A stretch of 64,000 nucleotides of DNA from Flavobacterium sp. (lineage in GTDB: Bacteria; Bacteroidota; Bacteroidia; Flavobacteriales; Flavobacteriaceae): contig NZ_DATIDM010000161.1 of assembly GCF_035456225.1 (NCBI RefSeq), forward strand, positions 1,477 to 65,476. The letters run 5' to 3'. This document shows positions 9,479 to 20,289 of this stretch, piece by piece. Within the stretch, counting starts at the first letter, position 1; each line of letters opens with the position of its first letter. The translations under genes were made by a program, and so were the position numbers. Under the pieces are notes generated by a model, which saw only the letters and a program-made list of their open reading frames with translations, did no database searches and had not been told where the DNA came from.

Positions 9479-10763
9479 ATAATTCTTTTGCGACTTTATT
9501 TACCGCATTGATGGTAAAATCCAAATCTTCATAGGTTAGTGCATCAGTAATAAACCATGTTTCGTAGGCAGAAGGCGCTATATAAATTCCTTCACTTAAC
9601 AATCCGTGGAAAAACTTTTTAAATGTTTCATTATCACCTTTCCCTGCTGTTTGAAAATCACAAACCGGATCTGCATCAAAGTGTACCGAAATCATTGAGC
9701 CGACACGATTTATCGTAAACACAATATTATTATCCGTTAAAACTTTAGCGATTCCTCTTTCCAAATAAGCCGTTTTTTCCTCTAAACGCTGAAACAATGC
9801 TGCATCAGAATTAATTTCCTGAAGCATTGCTAAACCGGCCGCCATTGCCAATGGATTTCCGGACAATGTCCCTGCCTGATAAACCGGTCCTACAGGTGCC
9901 AAATAATCCATAATTTCATTACGGGCCGCAAACGCACCTACAGGCAAACCGCCACCTATTACTTTTCCGAAGCAAACAATATCAGCCGCTATCCCAAACA
10001 GTTCCTGTGCTCCACCTTTAGCCAGGCGAAATCCAGTCATGACTTCATCAAAAATAAGCAACGTACCATTTTCACTGCAAAGCTGGCGTAAACCTTCTAA
10101 AAATCCGTTTTTCGGCGGAATACACCCCATATTACCGGCAACCGGTTCAATTATAATCGCCGCAATTTCATTTTTATTAGCTTCAAACAATTGCTTTACA
10201 TTCTCAAGATCATTATAACGAGCCAAAAGCGTATCTTTAGCTGTTCCGGCTGTTACTCCTGGACTGTTAGGCGAACCAAAAGTTATGGCTCCGCTTCCAG
10301 CCTGTATCAAAAACGAATCGGAGTGACCGTGGTAGCATCCGGAAAACTTAACAATCTTATCTCTTTTAGTAAATCCACGAGCCAATCGAATAGCACTCAT
10401 ACAAGCTTCGGTACCAGAATTCACAAAACGTATTTTATCAATATTCGGAACCATCGAAACTGCAAGCGTTGCAATTTCAGTTTCCAAAGCGGTTGGCATC
10501 CCAAACGATGTTCCTTTTTTTGCTTTTTCAATAACGGCACTTACAACCGGCTCAAAAGCATGCCCTAAAAGCATTGGCCCCCATGAATTAATATAATCAA
10601 TCAAGCGGTTTCCGTCTTCATCATACAAATAAGCGCCTTTGGCTTCTTTTACAAAAATCGGCGTCCCTCCTACAGCTTTAAAAGCCCTTACAGGAGAATT
10701 AACACCGCCAGGAATTACTCTTGCAGCTTCAACAAATAACTGACTGCTTCTCTGATATAACAT
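9477..10763 (-). CDS. hemL: Glutamate-1-semialdehyde 2,1-aminomutase
   Basis: 428 aa. Class III aminotransferase with the typical HemL N-terminus ([23 protein letters not shown]) and FDEVMTGFR. Confidence 0.95.
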   Translation of the reverse strand: MLYQRSSQLFVEAARVIPGGVNSPVRAFKAVGGTPIFVKEAKGAYLYDEDGNRLIDYINSWGPMLLGHAFEPVVSAVIEKAKKGTSFGMPTALETEIATLAVSMVPNIDKIRFVNSGTEACMSAIRLARGFTKRDKIVKFSGCYHGHSDSFLIQAGSGAITFGSPNSPGVTAGTAKDTLLARYNDLENVKQLFEANKNEIAAIIIEPVAGNMGCIPPKNGFLEGLRQLCSENGTLLIFDEVMTGFRLAKGGAQELFGIAADIVCFGKVIGGGLPVGAFAARNEIMDYLAPVGPVYQAGTLSGNPLAMAAGLAMLQEINSDAALFQRLEEKTAYLERGIAKVLTDNNIVFTINRVGSMISVHFDADPVCDFQTAGKGDNETFKKFFHGLLSEGIYIAPSAYETWFITDALTYEDLDFTINAVNKVAKEL

Positions 10764-11617
10764 TATGATTTTATTTTAAGTATTTGACCTATGGATAACG
10801 CATTATCCGAAAGCTTATTCATATTCATTAGCTCATCAACGGTAATATTAAATTTCTTCGAAATCGAATATAACGTATCTCCTTGCGAAACTCTATATGA
10901 TTTATCATCCAATTTTATTTCCGGTGTTCTTGCAACCGGTGTATATCCTGAACCCAGAACTTCTTCATCGACTTTATACAGTTCGTAACGTTCAATCAAA
11001 CCTATGAGCTTTTCAGGATATTTTACATCTGTAGCATAACCTGCAGCCCGCAATCCTTTTGCCCATTCCACATAATCACCTTTATCGAGTCTGAACAAAT
11101 TAGCGTAACGGCTTCGGGTAGTCAGAAACAAAGAATGATCACGATAAGATTCAGCCGACTGATCGTATTTACGAAAACATTCCTGCGCTGCATCATCATC
11201 ATGATGAACACTTTCACCAGTCCATCCTGTATGACATTTGATTCCGAAATGATTATTCGCTTTACGAGCCAAAACACCTGTTCCCGCACCGGATTCCAAA
11301 ACACCCTGCGCTAATGTAATACTCGCAGGTATTCCATGTTTGCGCATGTTCTCTTTTGCTATTTCTTTATATTGTTCAATATACTCCCTTACCAATTCCG
11401 GTGTTACTGAAATTTTGGAAGTTGCTTCCAGTACTTCAGATTTGTTTTCACCTTGAGTTGATTTACTACCCTGATTAACATTAACTGCCGGCTTCTTAAC
11501 CGTTGCAGTTCTTGTTTTATTAGTGCGAGTCGTTGTAGTAGTCCGAACTTTAGAACTCGAACCACAACTATAAAACGCTACAAAAAGAAATAAAATAAAA
11601 ATTCGTCTCAATATCAT
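10763..11617 (-). CDS. N-acetylglucosaminidase (mannosyl-glycoprotein endo-beta-GlcNAc-ase family) with C-terminal LysM
   Basis: 284 aa. [25 protein letters not shown] glucosaminidase motif. C-terminal LysM ([27 protein letters not shown]). Confidence 0.85.
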   Translation of the reverse strand: MILRRIFILFLFVAFYSCGSSSKVRTTTTTRTNKTRTATVKKPAVNVNQGSKSTQGENKSEVLEATSKISVTPELVREYIEQYKEIAKENMRKHGIPASITLAQGVLESGAGTGVLARKANNHFGIKCHTGWTGESVHHDDDAAQECFRKYDQSAESYRDHSLFLTTRSRYANLFRLDKGDYVEWAKGLRAAGYATDVKYPEKLIGLIERYELYKVDEEVLGSGYTPVARTPEIKLDDKSYRVSQGDTLYSISKKFNITVDELMNMNKLSDNALSIGQILKIKS

Positions 11618-12519
11618 ATATAGTTTAATAATGGCAAATGTTTCTTTTCCAAAAGGAGATTCATTCCTTCACATCCCTGTAAACCACCGGTATGTACAGC
11701 CAGTATTCGGGAACCTTCAGGAAAATAGCCCTTCTTTATTAAATCAAAAATCCCAAACATCATTTTTCCTGTATATATGGGATCCAAGGGAATTCCATAC
11801 AATCTATAGAATTCATTTAAAAAATGGATTAATTCTTCAGACACCTTTCCGTATCCTCCAAAATGATACTCTGTGATTAATCCCCAGTTATTATTATTTT
11901 TTGCAAATTTACAAATATCATCGAATAAAAACGTTCCTTTTAATGAAGGGAATCCGAATGCTTTTTGATTTTCCCCCAAAGAATTGATTATTCCTGACAA
12001 CGTCCCTCCCGTACCTACTGCGCAACAAACATGAGTAAATTGGGAATCTTCATCTGTCAAAATCTCTTCACAACCTTTTATTGCAAGATCATTGGTTCCT
12101 CCTTCCGGCAAAAGGTAAAAATCCCCATATTTCAACTTTAGCTTTTCAATAAATTCTAGCGTTTCTTTTTGACGAAAAACTTCCCGGGAAACGAAGACAA
12201 ACTCCATACCATTTTGACCTGCAAACGACAATGTGGGATTTTCGGCTATTTTATCTGCCAGTTCTTCACCCCGAATAACTCCTATCGTATTAAAGCCATA
12301 CTTCTTACCGGCAGCTGCAACCGCTGCGATATGATTGGAAAATGCCCCACCAAAAGTCAGAAGCGTTTTACATCCTTTCGATTTAGCCTCAATAAGATTA
12401 TACTTTAGCTTACGGAATTTATTGCCTGAAATTTCAGGATCAAGCAAATCTTCACGCTTTAAAAAAAGTAAAACTCCTTTTGTGTCTAAAATAGTAATCT
12501 GTTGATTGTACGATTGCAT
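11614..12519 (-). CDS. PLP-dependent ACC deaminase / D-cysteine desulfhydrase family protein
   Basis: 301 aa. SGNKFRKLKYNL (PLP lysine) and GGxxSNH motif; overlaps the next gene by 4 nt. Confidence 0.8.
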   Translation of the reverse strand: MQSYNQQITILDTKGVLLFLKREDLLDPEISGNKFRKLKYNLIEAKSKGCKTLLTFGGAFSNHIAAVAAAGKKYGFNTIGVIRGEELADKIAENPTLSFAGQNGMEFVFVSREVFRQKETLEFIEKLKLKYGDFYLLPEGGTNDLAIKGCEEILTDEDSQFTHVCCAVGTGGTLSGIINSLGENQKAFGFPSLKGTFLFDDICKFAKNNNNWGLITEYHFGGYGKVSEELIHFLNEFYRLYGIPLDPIYTGKMMFGIFDLIKKGYFPEGSRILAVHTGGLQGCEGMNLLLEKKHLPLLNYI

Positions 12520-12543
12520 TGCTCAAAGATACTATATTATAAA

Positions 12544-12575
12544 CAAAAAAAGTGCAACCTTTTGAGTTGCACTTT
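12544..12575 (-). terminator. Rho-independent terminator after the 602-aa T9SS gene
   Basis: agtgcaac-cttttga-gttgcact hairpin, followed by a T-run on the minus strand. Confidence 0.75.
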
Positions 12576-12598
12576 TACTTCTTTCATTTGTGAAAGTA

Positions 12599-14407
12599 TT
12601 AATTTTTCACCAACACTTTTACACCCATTTCTCTGTTATCATTAGTATTTAACCTAACAATATACACGCCATCACTTAAACTCGATGTTGGGAATGAGTA
12701 TTCAGTATTTGTTCCTAATTTATTGTTTGCCAAAACTTGTTTACCTGCAATATCATAAATCGCACAAGATTTCAAATCGATCATTTGAGGATTTGCAACA
12801 GTCAGACTTTTAACACCATTGTTTTGGTAAACTGTCAAACTTCCTGCCAATGAATTTTCCTCTGCCGATAATGTATCGTCTCTGAAAGTAATTTCAAATC
12901 TGTCTTTCACTAAACCGGCTGGCAATGTAATTTCAAAGAAGTTATTTTTAATATCATGATAAATACCAGTTACTTTATCATGCAAATAGATTTTATCAGA
13001 TTCTGTAAAATTAATTAAATTCCCTACAGTGACTTTGAATGTAGTCTGACTTTCTGCTTTAAAAACAAATGGAATTCTTTTTTCGATACCGAACGGCATT
13101 GTAGAAATCACATATTGATTAGTTCCGTCAAGAGGAAAATAAGTATCGTTAGGCAAATTGTATTCCGGCATTTTCGCATCCATACCTAAATCGAAACCAT
13201 CAGTTGCCTGACTGTTAAACGCTAAAGCAACTTCTCTTGTATACTGATTGTTCAAAACAGTATGAATTTTGATTTGAGGTAATTCTCTATTAGAATATTG
13301 AGTATAATCAACTCCTGCCACGTTTTGTATTTCCGGCCATCTTTCATATTCTCCATTTCTTTCAAACTGGGAATTATTAGCTGCTCCTTCTTTCACAAAA
13401 ACACGATAAGAATTTTTCATCTGAACAGTACCCGCTCCGGTTCCTTCAATTTTAAAACCTTGTCCGATTGGCGTGAACATTCTTTTATAAGTACTGCCAG
13501 TAGAAACACCACTTGTATTTAAAGTTCCGTCACCATTGTACGTATTCCATGTTGCAGAAGTATAGCTTCCCGGTCCAAAATCACCATTATTAGCCACATA
13601 CGTTCCATATCCACCTTGATAAGCTATTAAATAATGAGAATTAACAGCGTCATTGTGTTCCCAAAAATAAGCCTCACCTCTCATCACTGCTAAATTGGCA
13701 GGATCTCTTAAAAACAAATTAAGATTGATTGCGGAAGGATACGGATTACCTGTTAAAGTCCTCATGCCGGCAGCTACAGTTATACCGATGTTACCATCAT
13801 TAGGCTTTCCACGGAAATCATAACGCTGATTGGCCCCCGGATTGTTAGCACTTGTACCATCTGTACCTTTCATGGTAAACCCTTGACCTGCATCAATAGT
13901 ATTTGCACTACCAACATAAACCCAATTAGAATAGGCATTGGAGGTTATAAACTTATATATCCACTGATTGGAAATTGTTAACGGAGTTGCTGATCCGTTA
14001 TATCCTGAAGTTATTACGGGGCTTACCGAATTAATCAAAGTCGAAACATCTTTTAATTGAGCAATCCCGAAAGGATTGTTAACCGATGTTGCCGAAAGTA
14101 CGTTTCCAACAGGTGAACACCAATAGTTATAATCAAAACCATCCGCCGTTCCCTCCTGATATACAGAAAGTTCTCCGACTCCTTTATTAGCACCAGAGCC
14201 AGTAGTCCCTTGCAGTAATTGCCCTTCATTTCTCAAAAACACATTACTTGTTGCTGAATTTAACTCAACATCACCTCTAACAAACAACTGTTCATTGTTT
14301 ACAAACACATAGCTGTTAGGACTAACATACATTTGAGCAAAAAGCTCTGACTGATTGAACATTGCCACTGCAAGCAACAATGATCCTTTGAGTAATTTTG
14401 ATTTCAT
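12599..14407 (-). CDS. T9SS-sorted secreted protein; stand-alone copy of the module found at the C-termini of the two giant proteins
   Basis: 602 aa. Signal peptide (ELFAQ). Motifs shared with 14928 and 21113 C-termini (DYNYWCSPV, LTGNPYPSAINL, YFWEHN, DRFEITF). Terminal T9SS-type CTD (...IYDIAGKQV...GVYIVRLNT...VKVLVKN). Confidence 0.8.
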   Translation of the reverse strand: MKSKLLKGSLLLAVAMFNQSELFAQMYVSPNSYVFVNNEQLFVRGDVELNSATSNVFLRNEGQLLQGTTGSGANKGVGELSVYQEGTADGFDYNYWCSPVGNVLSATSVNNPFGIAQLKDVSTLINSVSPVITSGYNGSATPLTISNQWIYKFITSNAYSNWVYVGSANTIDAGQGFTMKGTDGTSANNPGANQRYDFRGKPNDGNIGITVAAGMRTLTGNPYPSAINLNLFLRDPANLAVMRGEAYFWEHNDAVNSHYLIAYQGGYGTYVANNGDFGPGSYTSATWNTYNGDGTLNTSGVSTGSTYKRMFTPIGQGFKIEGTGAGTVQMKNSYRVFVKEGAANNSQFERNGEYERWPEIQNVAGVDYTQYSNRELPQIKIHTVLNNQYTREVALAFNSQATDGFDLGMDAKMPEYNLPNDTYFPLDGTNQYVISTMPFGIEKRIPFVFKAESQTTFKVTVGNLINFTESDKIYLHDKVTGIYHDIKNNFFEITLPAGLVKDRFEITFRDDTLSAEENSLAGSLTVYQNNGVKSLTVANPQMIDLKSCAIYDIAGKQVLANNKLGTNTEYSFPTSSLSDGVYIVRLNTNDNREMGVKVLVKN

Positions 14408-14927
14408 AGACTTTTAGGTATTTGGGTACTTAATTAAACTATACAATTCACAAATATAACTTATTCTGACAAAACTTTCAGAAAAAAAACTTTAAATCGA
14501 TAAAATATCTAAAAAAACGATAAAAAACACATAAAATAGGAAAAAACCTACCAAAACAAACGTTGATTCAATTGCGTAAACCAATAATTTACACATATAT
14601 GATGCAAAGAGTTAATTTATTCAGGATTAAAATAATAAAAACCTTACAATTATTAAATATTTAATCATTTAAATCTTACAATTGAAGTTTTAAAAATATT
14701 ATAATTTATTTTTTTTGTTATTATTTTTAATTTTTGAAAGAAATAGCAAAAAAAAATAGCTCCTATACACAGCACTAAATAACAAGCTAATAGCCGTTTT
14801 ACGTTATTCCTGAATATTAAAAAATAACTAAATGAAATTTTTAACAAAATTAACGCAACCCTAAACAATATTTAACATATATACTTTAACACTATATTTA
14901 CAATTATGTTATGATAACCCAAATGTT

Positions 14928-17900
14928 ATGAAGAAAAATTACTACCAATCAAATTTTCTATCGAAAATCCAAAACTTTAAAAAATTCTTTAATAATCCAT
15001 TAATACAAGTTTTTATTCTTGTTTTAGTGTTTTTATTTTCCAGCCAGCAATCTTTTGCCCAATCCCCTTCAACATTTACAACTTCAGGGACCTGGGTTTG
15101 CCCGAATGGCGTAACCTCCATTACTGTAGAAGCGTATGGAGCCGGAGGCGGTAGCGGTAGAGGCAGCGAAACTACCAACAGAAATGGTTCCGGAGGAGGC
15201 GGAGGCGGAGGTTTTGCCAAAGCCACAATCAACGTAACACCGGGAGTAACTTATTCAATTAACATAGGTACTGGAGGCGCTGCTGGCACAACCGTCCAAG
15301 ATGGACAAAACGGAACTTCCACCACAGCTGTTTTTGATGGAGTAACCATAACCGCTACAGGTGGTTTGGGAGGCAAAAGCTTTGCCAACGGATCCAACGG
15401 AGGGAATGGTGGTTCGGGAAGCGTTTCAGGAGGCGGCTCAGGCATAACGACAAATAATGGCGGTACCGGCGGAACAGGTAACACAACTGGATCTGGCGGA
15501 GGCGGCGGTTGCGCCGGCTCTACTGGCAATGGTGGTAATGGTAGCATTACAGCCGGAGGAGCAAGTGGCGGCGGAAACGCTGGAGCAGGCGGAGCAGGTA
15601 CAACCTCAACTAGTGGTGGAGGTACAGCCGGGGCAAATTACGGCGGTGGATCAGGAGGTTCAACTAGAGTGTTCAATGGAATCGCAGGTGCAAACGGATA
15701 CATGGTTATAACTTTTGTCTGTCCTACACTAACCGTAAATGCAGGCATAGATCAAACACTGGCCGCATGTTCCACCACAGCAACTTTGGCAGGAAGCGCA
15801 GTTCCGTCAAACACTACAGGTTTATGGTCTGTTGTTTCAGGGACAGCAACAGTTACTACACCAAACTCACCAACTTCTGGTATTACAGGATTAACACCAG
15901 GTACATCAGTAACTTTACGTTGGACTATAGATAATGGACGTTGCGGAACAACATCTGATGATGTGGTAATCACCTCTCCAACTGGACCAGGCTGTCTTTC
16001 TTATTGTACGCCCACAGGAAATTTAAACTGTGCAGCGAATGACTATATCTCAAATGTCACCTTCAACACACTGAACAATTCAACAACCTGTGGATCTGGC
16101 GGTTATACGATTTACCCAGCGACTGGTGCACAAACAACATCAGTTTTAAAAGGATCATCATATAATTTAAATCTATCGGTTGGCGCAGGAACAGGAACAC
16201 ATGGTGCTGGAGTCTGGATAGATTTCAACCAAAATGGCGTATTCACCGATGCTGGAGAATTCTTCCTGATCGGTAACGCAATAACACCAAGTACTACAAC
16301 AACGATATCAATACCTATTCCGGCAGGAGCTGGCACGGGCAACACGAGAATGAGAATACGTTATGCATATATTGTAACCGTAACGTCAGCTATGAGCTGC
16401 GCAATGGCAGGAACTTATGGAGAAACGGAAGACTATACCATAACCTTGGTTACACCTGCCCCTTGTACAACTCCCACAACACAACCAACTACATTAAACT
16501 TAACACCTACCGGGTCTACCGTTTCAGGATCATTCACTGCTTCAAGCCCGGCGGCTGACAATTACCTTGTTTTAATCTCTACATCTGCTACAGCACCTTC
16601 ACCAGGTCCTGTAAATGGAACTTCATACACAATTGGCGGTACAATAAGTGGCGCAACAGTAGCAGACATTGATAACAACACATCATTCACTGCCACCGGT
16701 TTAACGCCATTTACAACATACTATGTATATGTATATTCATACAACTCTGCCTGTACAGGAGGACCTTTATATTTAGGAACATCTCCTTTAACAGGAACCA
16801 TAACAACATTGGGAGCGGATTACTGCACCCCTACTACTACAAGTGGAGGGAGCAGTCTTTATATTTCCCAAATTAATATTATTGGTACATTAAGCGACCC
16901 AGGCATAAACAACTCTACCTACAACACTGTTGCTCCAATTGGCTTCCAAGATTTTACCATCCTTCCGAACAAAGCGATACAAGCTCAAGGAGAAGGAGTA
17001 AACATTGTAGCCACCAGTGACGGAACTGTTCTGGTACGTGGAACATGGAAGGCATGGGTAGACTGGAACAAAGACGGCGATTTTACAGATGCCGGAGAAT
17101 TAGTATATAATATTCAAGGATTTGCGGGTAAAAACGTAACTTTTGGTTTTGCCATACCTGCCGCAACTCCACCTGGTGATTACAGAATCCGAATTAGAGT
17201 AAACAACGGACGAACATCCTTTTCTGAAAACTTCGGTTTTGATTTCAACCCATGTGAAAATTTCGGTACAATATCTGGAACTACAACTTACTACGGAGAA
17301 GTTGAGGATTATTTATTTACAGTAATTCCAAACTGTACTTCAAAAATAACCAGCATAAATAATGGAACAACTTGCGGAGACGGAACAACTACACTAACAG
17401 CATCTGGTGTTGGGGCAACTCAATACAGATGGTATGACAGTGAATTTGGTGGTTCTCTTTTAGCCACAACTGCAACAGGAAGTTGGACAACTCCTTCTAT
17501 TTCTACAACAACATCGTATTGGGTAACTTCATACAATGGAAGTTGTGAATCAGTATCCAGAACCGAGGTAAAAGCGATTGTTAAAAAAGTTTCTACTTTG
17601 AGTTTTACAACTTTGAATCCTGAAATTTGCGGAGAAAACTCTATCATTTCACTAACCGCAAGCGGTACTACCGAAGAAGCTCATCTGATAAATGAAAATT
17701 TTGAAGTAGGAACATTGGGTGTGTTTAGCACTCTAAACAACGACACAAATTCAGGAACTATCGATGCCAATACTAAATGGCAAAACAGAACGAGTGTATA
17801 TATTCCGAACACCAACGTATTCTTCCCTGCAATTTCATCAGGTTTTGGCCCTAACAAATTTGCCTTAGCGGTTTCGGATTCAAAAGCTCCAAATTATCCA

Positions 17901-20240
17901 TCGGCTACAGTTGTTAACTATTTAGCACTAACTAATTCAGTTAACACAACTGGTTTTTTAAATTTAACATTGAAATTAAAAGTCTATTATTCAAGATATT
18001 ATGATGACGGTGTTAACCCTGCTAATGAACAATTTACCATAGAAGTTTCTACTAATGGTGGTGCTACATATCCAACTGTATTACAAACATTTACATCCGA
18101 TACCGGTATAGGTTCACGTTTCGTAACCTTATCCTACTCCTTGCCTGCAGCGCTTTTAAATCAAACAAATTTAAAGATCCGAATCAGACACCAATCTGAA
18201 GCTTCTGGAAGCGGTTGGTTACCTGACGGAGTGGCAGTTGATGATGTTGAACTATATGGAGACCGTGCAATAGTACCAAATTTCACTTGGACAAGTGCCT
18301 TACCTGTCGATGCATACACAAATGCTGCATGTACGATTCCATATGTTTCAGGAACACCTGCTTCAACGGTTTACATCAAACCAACTTTAGCACAATTGGA
18401 AGCAGTCAGCTATTCATTTACTGCTAATGCAAACTTGGCCAACGGATGTACCACAAGTGCGGTAATCAACGTAACCAACCAATCTAAAGTATGGAAAGGA
18501 ACTATTTCAACTGATTGGAATGACCCTAACAACTGGTCTCCAGTAGGTGTTCCAACATCGGACAATTGCGTTATCATTCCTACTAATGCCATTATTTCAG
18601 GAAGTGGTTATAATGCGTACGGTAAAAACCTTACCATTAAAAACACAGGAAATCTTGAATTACAATCGGCCAACAACTTAACAATTACCGATTGGGTAAA
18701 TAATGAAGGAGGTATCTTTAACATAAAAAACAGTGGTAGTTTGCTACAAATAAACAATGTTGCCAACTCTGGAAACATGAACATGGAAAGATTCACACAG
18801 CCAATGTATCTTTTAGATTACACATACTGGAATTCACCTGTTACAGCTGCCTCAAATTTCACTTTGGGCAATCTGACAACTGAGACAGGTTACATTTTCA
18901 ACTACACCACAACCCAGGGAGGCGGAAACGGAATTTGGACCAACCAGAGTGCTTCAACTGTAATGAGCCCAACCAGAGGATACATCGCAAGAGCCCCTAT
19001 TTCGTTCCCAACTAGCGGTCCGAAACAAATTCAAACAGTGAATTTCATAGGAACTCCAAATAACGGAGATATTAGCGTACCGATTTCCAAAGGAACTAAT
19101 GCAAACCTCGGAAGCACAATTCCAAGTGGCGGTTCAACTGTCGTAACAGATGCCGATGACGAATGGAATTTAATCGGAAACCCATATCCTTCGGCAATTG
19201 ACATTGTATCTTTCTTAACCAATCCGGTAAATACGCCTGTAGTTGACGGAACAGTTTACCTTTGGACGCACAACACACCTCCTACTGCGGCGGCTCCAGA
19301 TCCGTTCTATGGCAACTATGTCTTGAATTATACCGTAAATGATTATGCGACTGTCAATTCTTTAGGCTCAACCAATACTGCTCCTAGTGGAGGATTAGCT
19401 CCAATAAGATATATTGCTGCAGGACAATCATTCTTTATCAGACCAGCTCTTGCAAGTGCAAACGGAAGTACAGCTAACGCTACTTTTAAAAACAATATGC
19501 GTGTTACCAACAATAATAATAATTTCTTCAGAACAACTCCTTCGGAGCAATCGACAACACCTAACGGATCGATTTCACAAAGATTTTGGTTAAACCTGTC
19601 AAATAACAATGGAGGATTCAGCCAAATATTAGTTGGTTATGCTGAAGGCGCAACACTTGGTTGGGACAGTGGTTTGGACGGTGAATCATTAGCCGGAAAT
19701 TCCGTTAAGTTCTACTCATTAGCGGAAGACAAAAAATTAACGATTCAGGGACGTCCTTATCCGTTTGTTCAGGAAGATGTCGTGCCATTAGGTTTCAAAG
19801 CAACAGTTCAAGATAATTACACAATTGGTATTGACCACCTTGATCAGGAATTCAACAACCAAGACATCTATCTTGAAGACTTAACTTTAAATATAATTCA
19901 CAATTTAAAGAACAGTCCATACAGTTTCACCTCTAATCAGGGAACTTTTGACAACCGATTTGTATTGCGATACACCGAAAACACATTGAGCAATGATGAA
20001 GTAAGTCTAATTGAAAATTCGCTATATGTGTACAACAATGGCAGAATCAATATCAAATCGACATTGGAAACAATTAAAGAAGTTACCGTTTTTGATGTGT
20101 TAGGCAGAACGTTGGGCAATTACAAAAAAGTAGACAGCAACGATTTTGAAATTAAAAACCTAACCCCTTCAACCAAAACATTAATTGTAAAAGTTGAATT
20201 GGCAAATGGTTCCATAGTTAGCAAGAAAATAGTTTTCTAA
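14928..20240 (+). CDS. Giant (1770 aa) multi-domain T9SS-secreted surface protein (adhesin-like)
   Basis: Long N-terminal signal (MKKNYY...SFAQ); Gly-rich domain aa ~52-263. Two GEVED-type domains (YGETEDYTI, YGEVEDYLF) flank an Fn3-like unit. Then an Ig-like unit, a MAM/choice-of-anchor-like unit ending VAVDDVELYG, and a 584-aa conserved C-terminal module with a T9SS-type CTD. Confidence 0.9.
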   Translation: MKKNYYQSNFLSKIQNFKKFFNNPLIQVFILVLVFLFSSQQSFAQSPSTFTTSGTWVCPNGVTSITVEAYGAGGGSGRGSETTNRNGSGGGGGGGFAKATINVTPGVTYSINIGTGGAAGTTVQDGQNGTSTTAVFDGVTITATGGLGGKSFANGSNGGNGGSGSVSGGGSGITTNNGGTGGTGNTTGSGGGGGCAGSTGNGGNGSITAGGASGGGNAGAGGAGTTSTSGGGTAGANYGGGSGGSTRVFNGIAGANGYMVITFVCPTLTVNAGIDQTLAACSTTATLAGSAVPSNTTGLWSVVSGTATVTTPNSPTSGITGLTPGTSVTLRWTIDNGRCGTTSDDVVITSPTGPGCLSYCTPTGNLNCAANDYISNVTFNTLNNSTTCGSGGYTIYPATGAQTTSVLKGSSYNLNLSVGAGTGTHGAGVWIDFNQNGVFTDAGEFFLIGNAITPSTTTTISIPIPAGAGTGNTRMRIRYAYIVTVTSAMSCAMAGTYGETEDYTITLVTPAPCTTPTTQPTTLNLTPTGSTVSGSFTASSPAADNYLVLISTSATAPSPGPVNGTSYTIGGTISGATVADIDNNTSFTATGLTPFTTYYVYVYSYNSACTGGPLYLGTSPLTGTITTLGADYCTPTTTSGGSSLYISQINIIGTLSDPGINNSTYNTVAPIGFQDFTILPNKAIQAQGEGVNIVATSDGTVLVRGTWKAWVDWNKDGDFTDAGELVYNIQGFAGKNVTFGFAIPAATPPGDYRIRIRVNNGRTSFSENFGFDFNPCENFGTISGTTTYYGEVEDYLFTVIPNCTSKITSINNGTTCGDGTTTLTASGVGATQYRWYDSEFGGSLLATTATGSWTTPSISTTTSYWVTSYNGSCESVSRTEVKAIVKKVSTLSFTTLNPEICGENSIISLTASGTTEEAHLINENFEVGTLGVFSTLNNDTNSGTIDANTKWQNRTSVYIPNTNVFFPAISSGFGPNKFALAVSDSKAPNYPSATVVNYLALTNSVNTTGFLNLTLKLKVYYSRYYDDGVNPANEQFTIEVSTNGGATYPTVLQTFTSDTGIGSRFVTLSYSLPAALLNQTNLKIRIRHQSEASGSGWLPDGVAVDDVELYGDRAIVPNFTWTSALPVDAYTNAACTIPYVSGTPASTVYIKPTLAQLEAVSYSFTANANLANGCTTSAVINVTNQSKVWKGTISTDWNDPNNWSPVGVPTSDNCVIIPTNAIISGSGYNAYGKNLTIKNTGNLELQSANNLTITDWVNNEGGIFNIKNSGSLLQINNVANSGNMNMERFTQPMYLLDYTYWNSPVTAASNFTLGNLTTETGYIFNYTTTQGGGNGIWTNQSASTVMSPTRGYIARAPISFPTSGPKQIQTVNFIGTPNNGDISVPISKGTNANLGSTIPSGGSTVVTDADDEWNLIGNPYPSAIDIVSFLTNPVNTPVVDGTVYLWTHNTPPTAAAPDPFYGNYVLNYTVNDYATVNSLGSTNTAPSGGLAPIRYIAAGQSFFIRPALASANGSTANATFKNNMRVTNNNNNFFRTTPSEQSTTPNGSISQRFWLNLSNNNGGFSQILVGYAEGATLGWDSGLDGESLAGNSVKFYSLAEDKKLTIQGRPYPFVQEDVVPLGFKATVQDNYTIGIDHLDQEFNNQDIYLEDLTLNIIHNLKNSPYSFTSNQGTFDNRFVLRYTENTLSNDEVSLIENSLYVYNNGRINIKSTLETIKEVTVFDVLGRTLGNYKKVDSNDFEIKNLTPSTKTLIVKVELANGSIVSKKIVF

Positions 20241-20260
20241 GGATCCTCCGAAAACAAAAA

Positions 20261-20289
20261 AAGGCTGTCTCAAAAAGACAGCCTTTTTT
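20261..20289 (+). terminator. Rho-independent terminator after the 1770-aa gene
   Basis: aaggctgtct-caaaa-agacagcctt hairpin plus T-run. Confidence 0.85.

Noticed and set aside
14942-15547. Minus-strand ORFs of 96 and 98 aa, extremely Pro-rich (PPPPPPPEP..., LPPLPVEPAQPPPPPDP...)
   Set aside because: They are antisense shadows of the GGN-rich glycine domain of the 14928 gene (GGN codons read as NCC on the other strand). They have no independent start context or signal.
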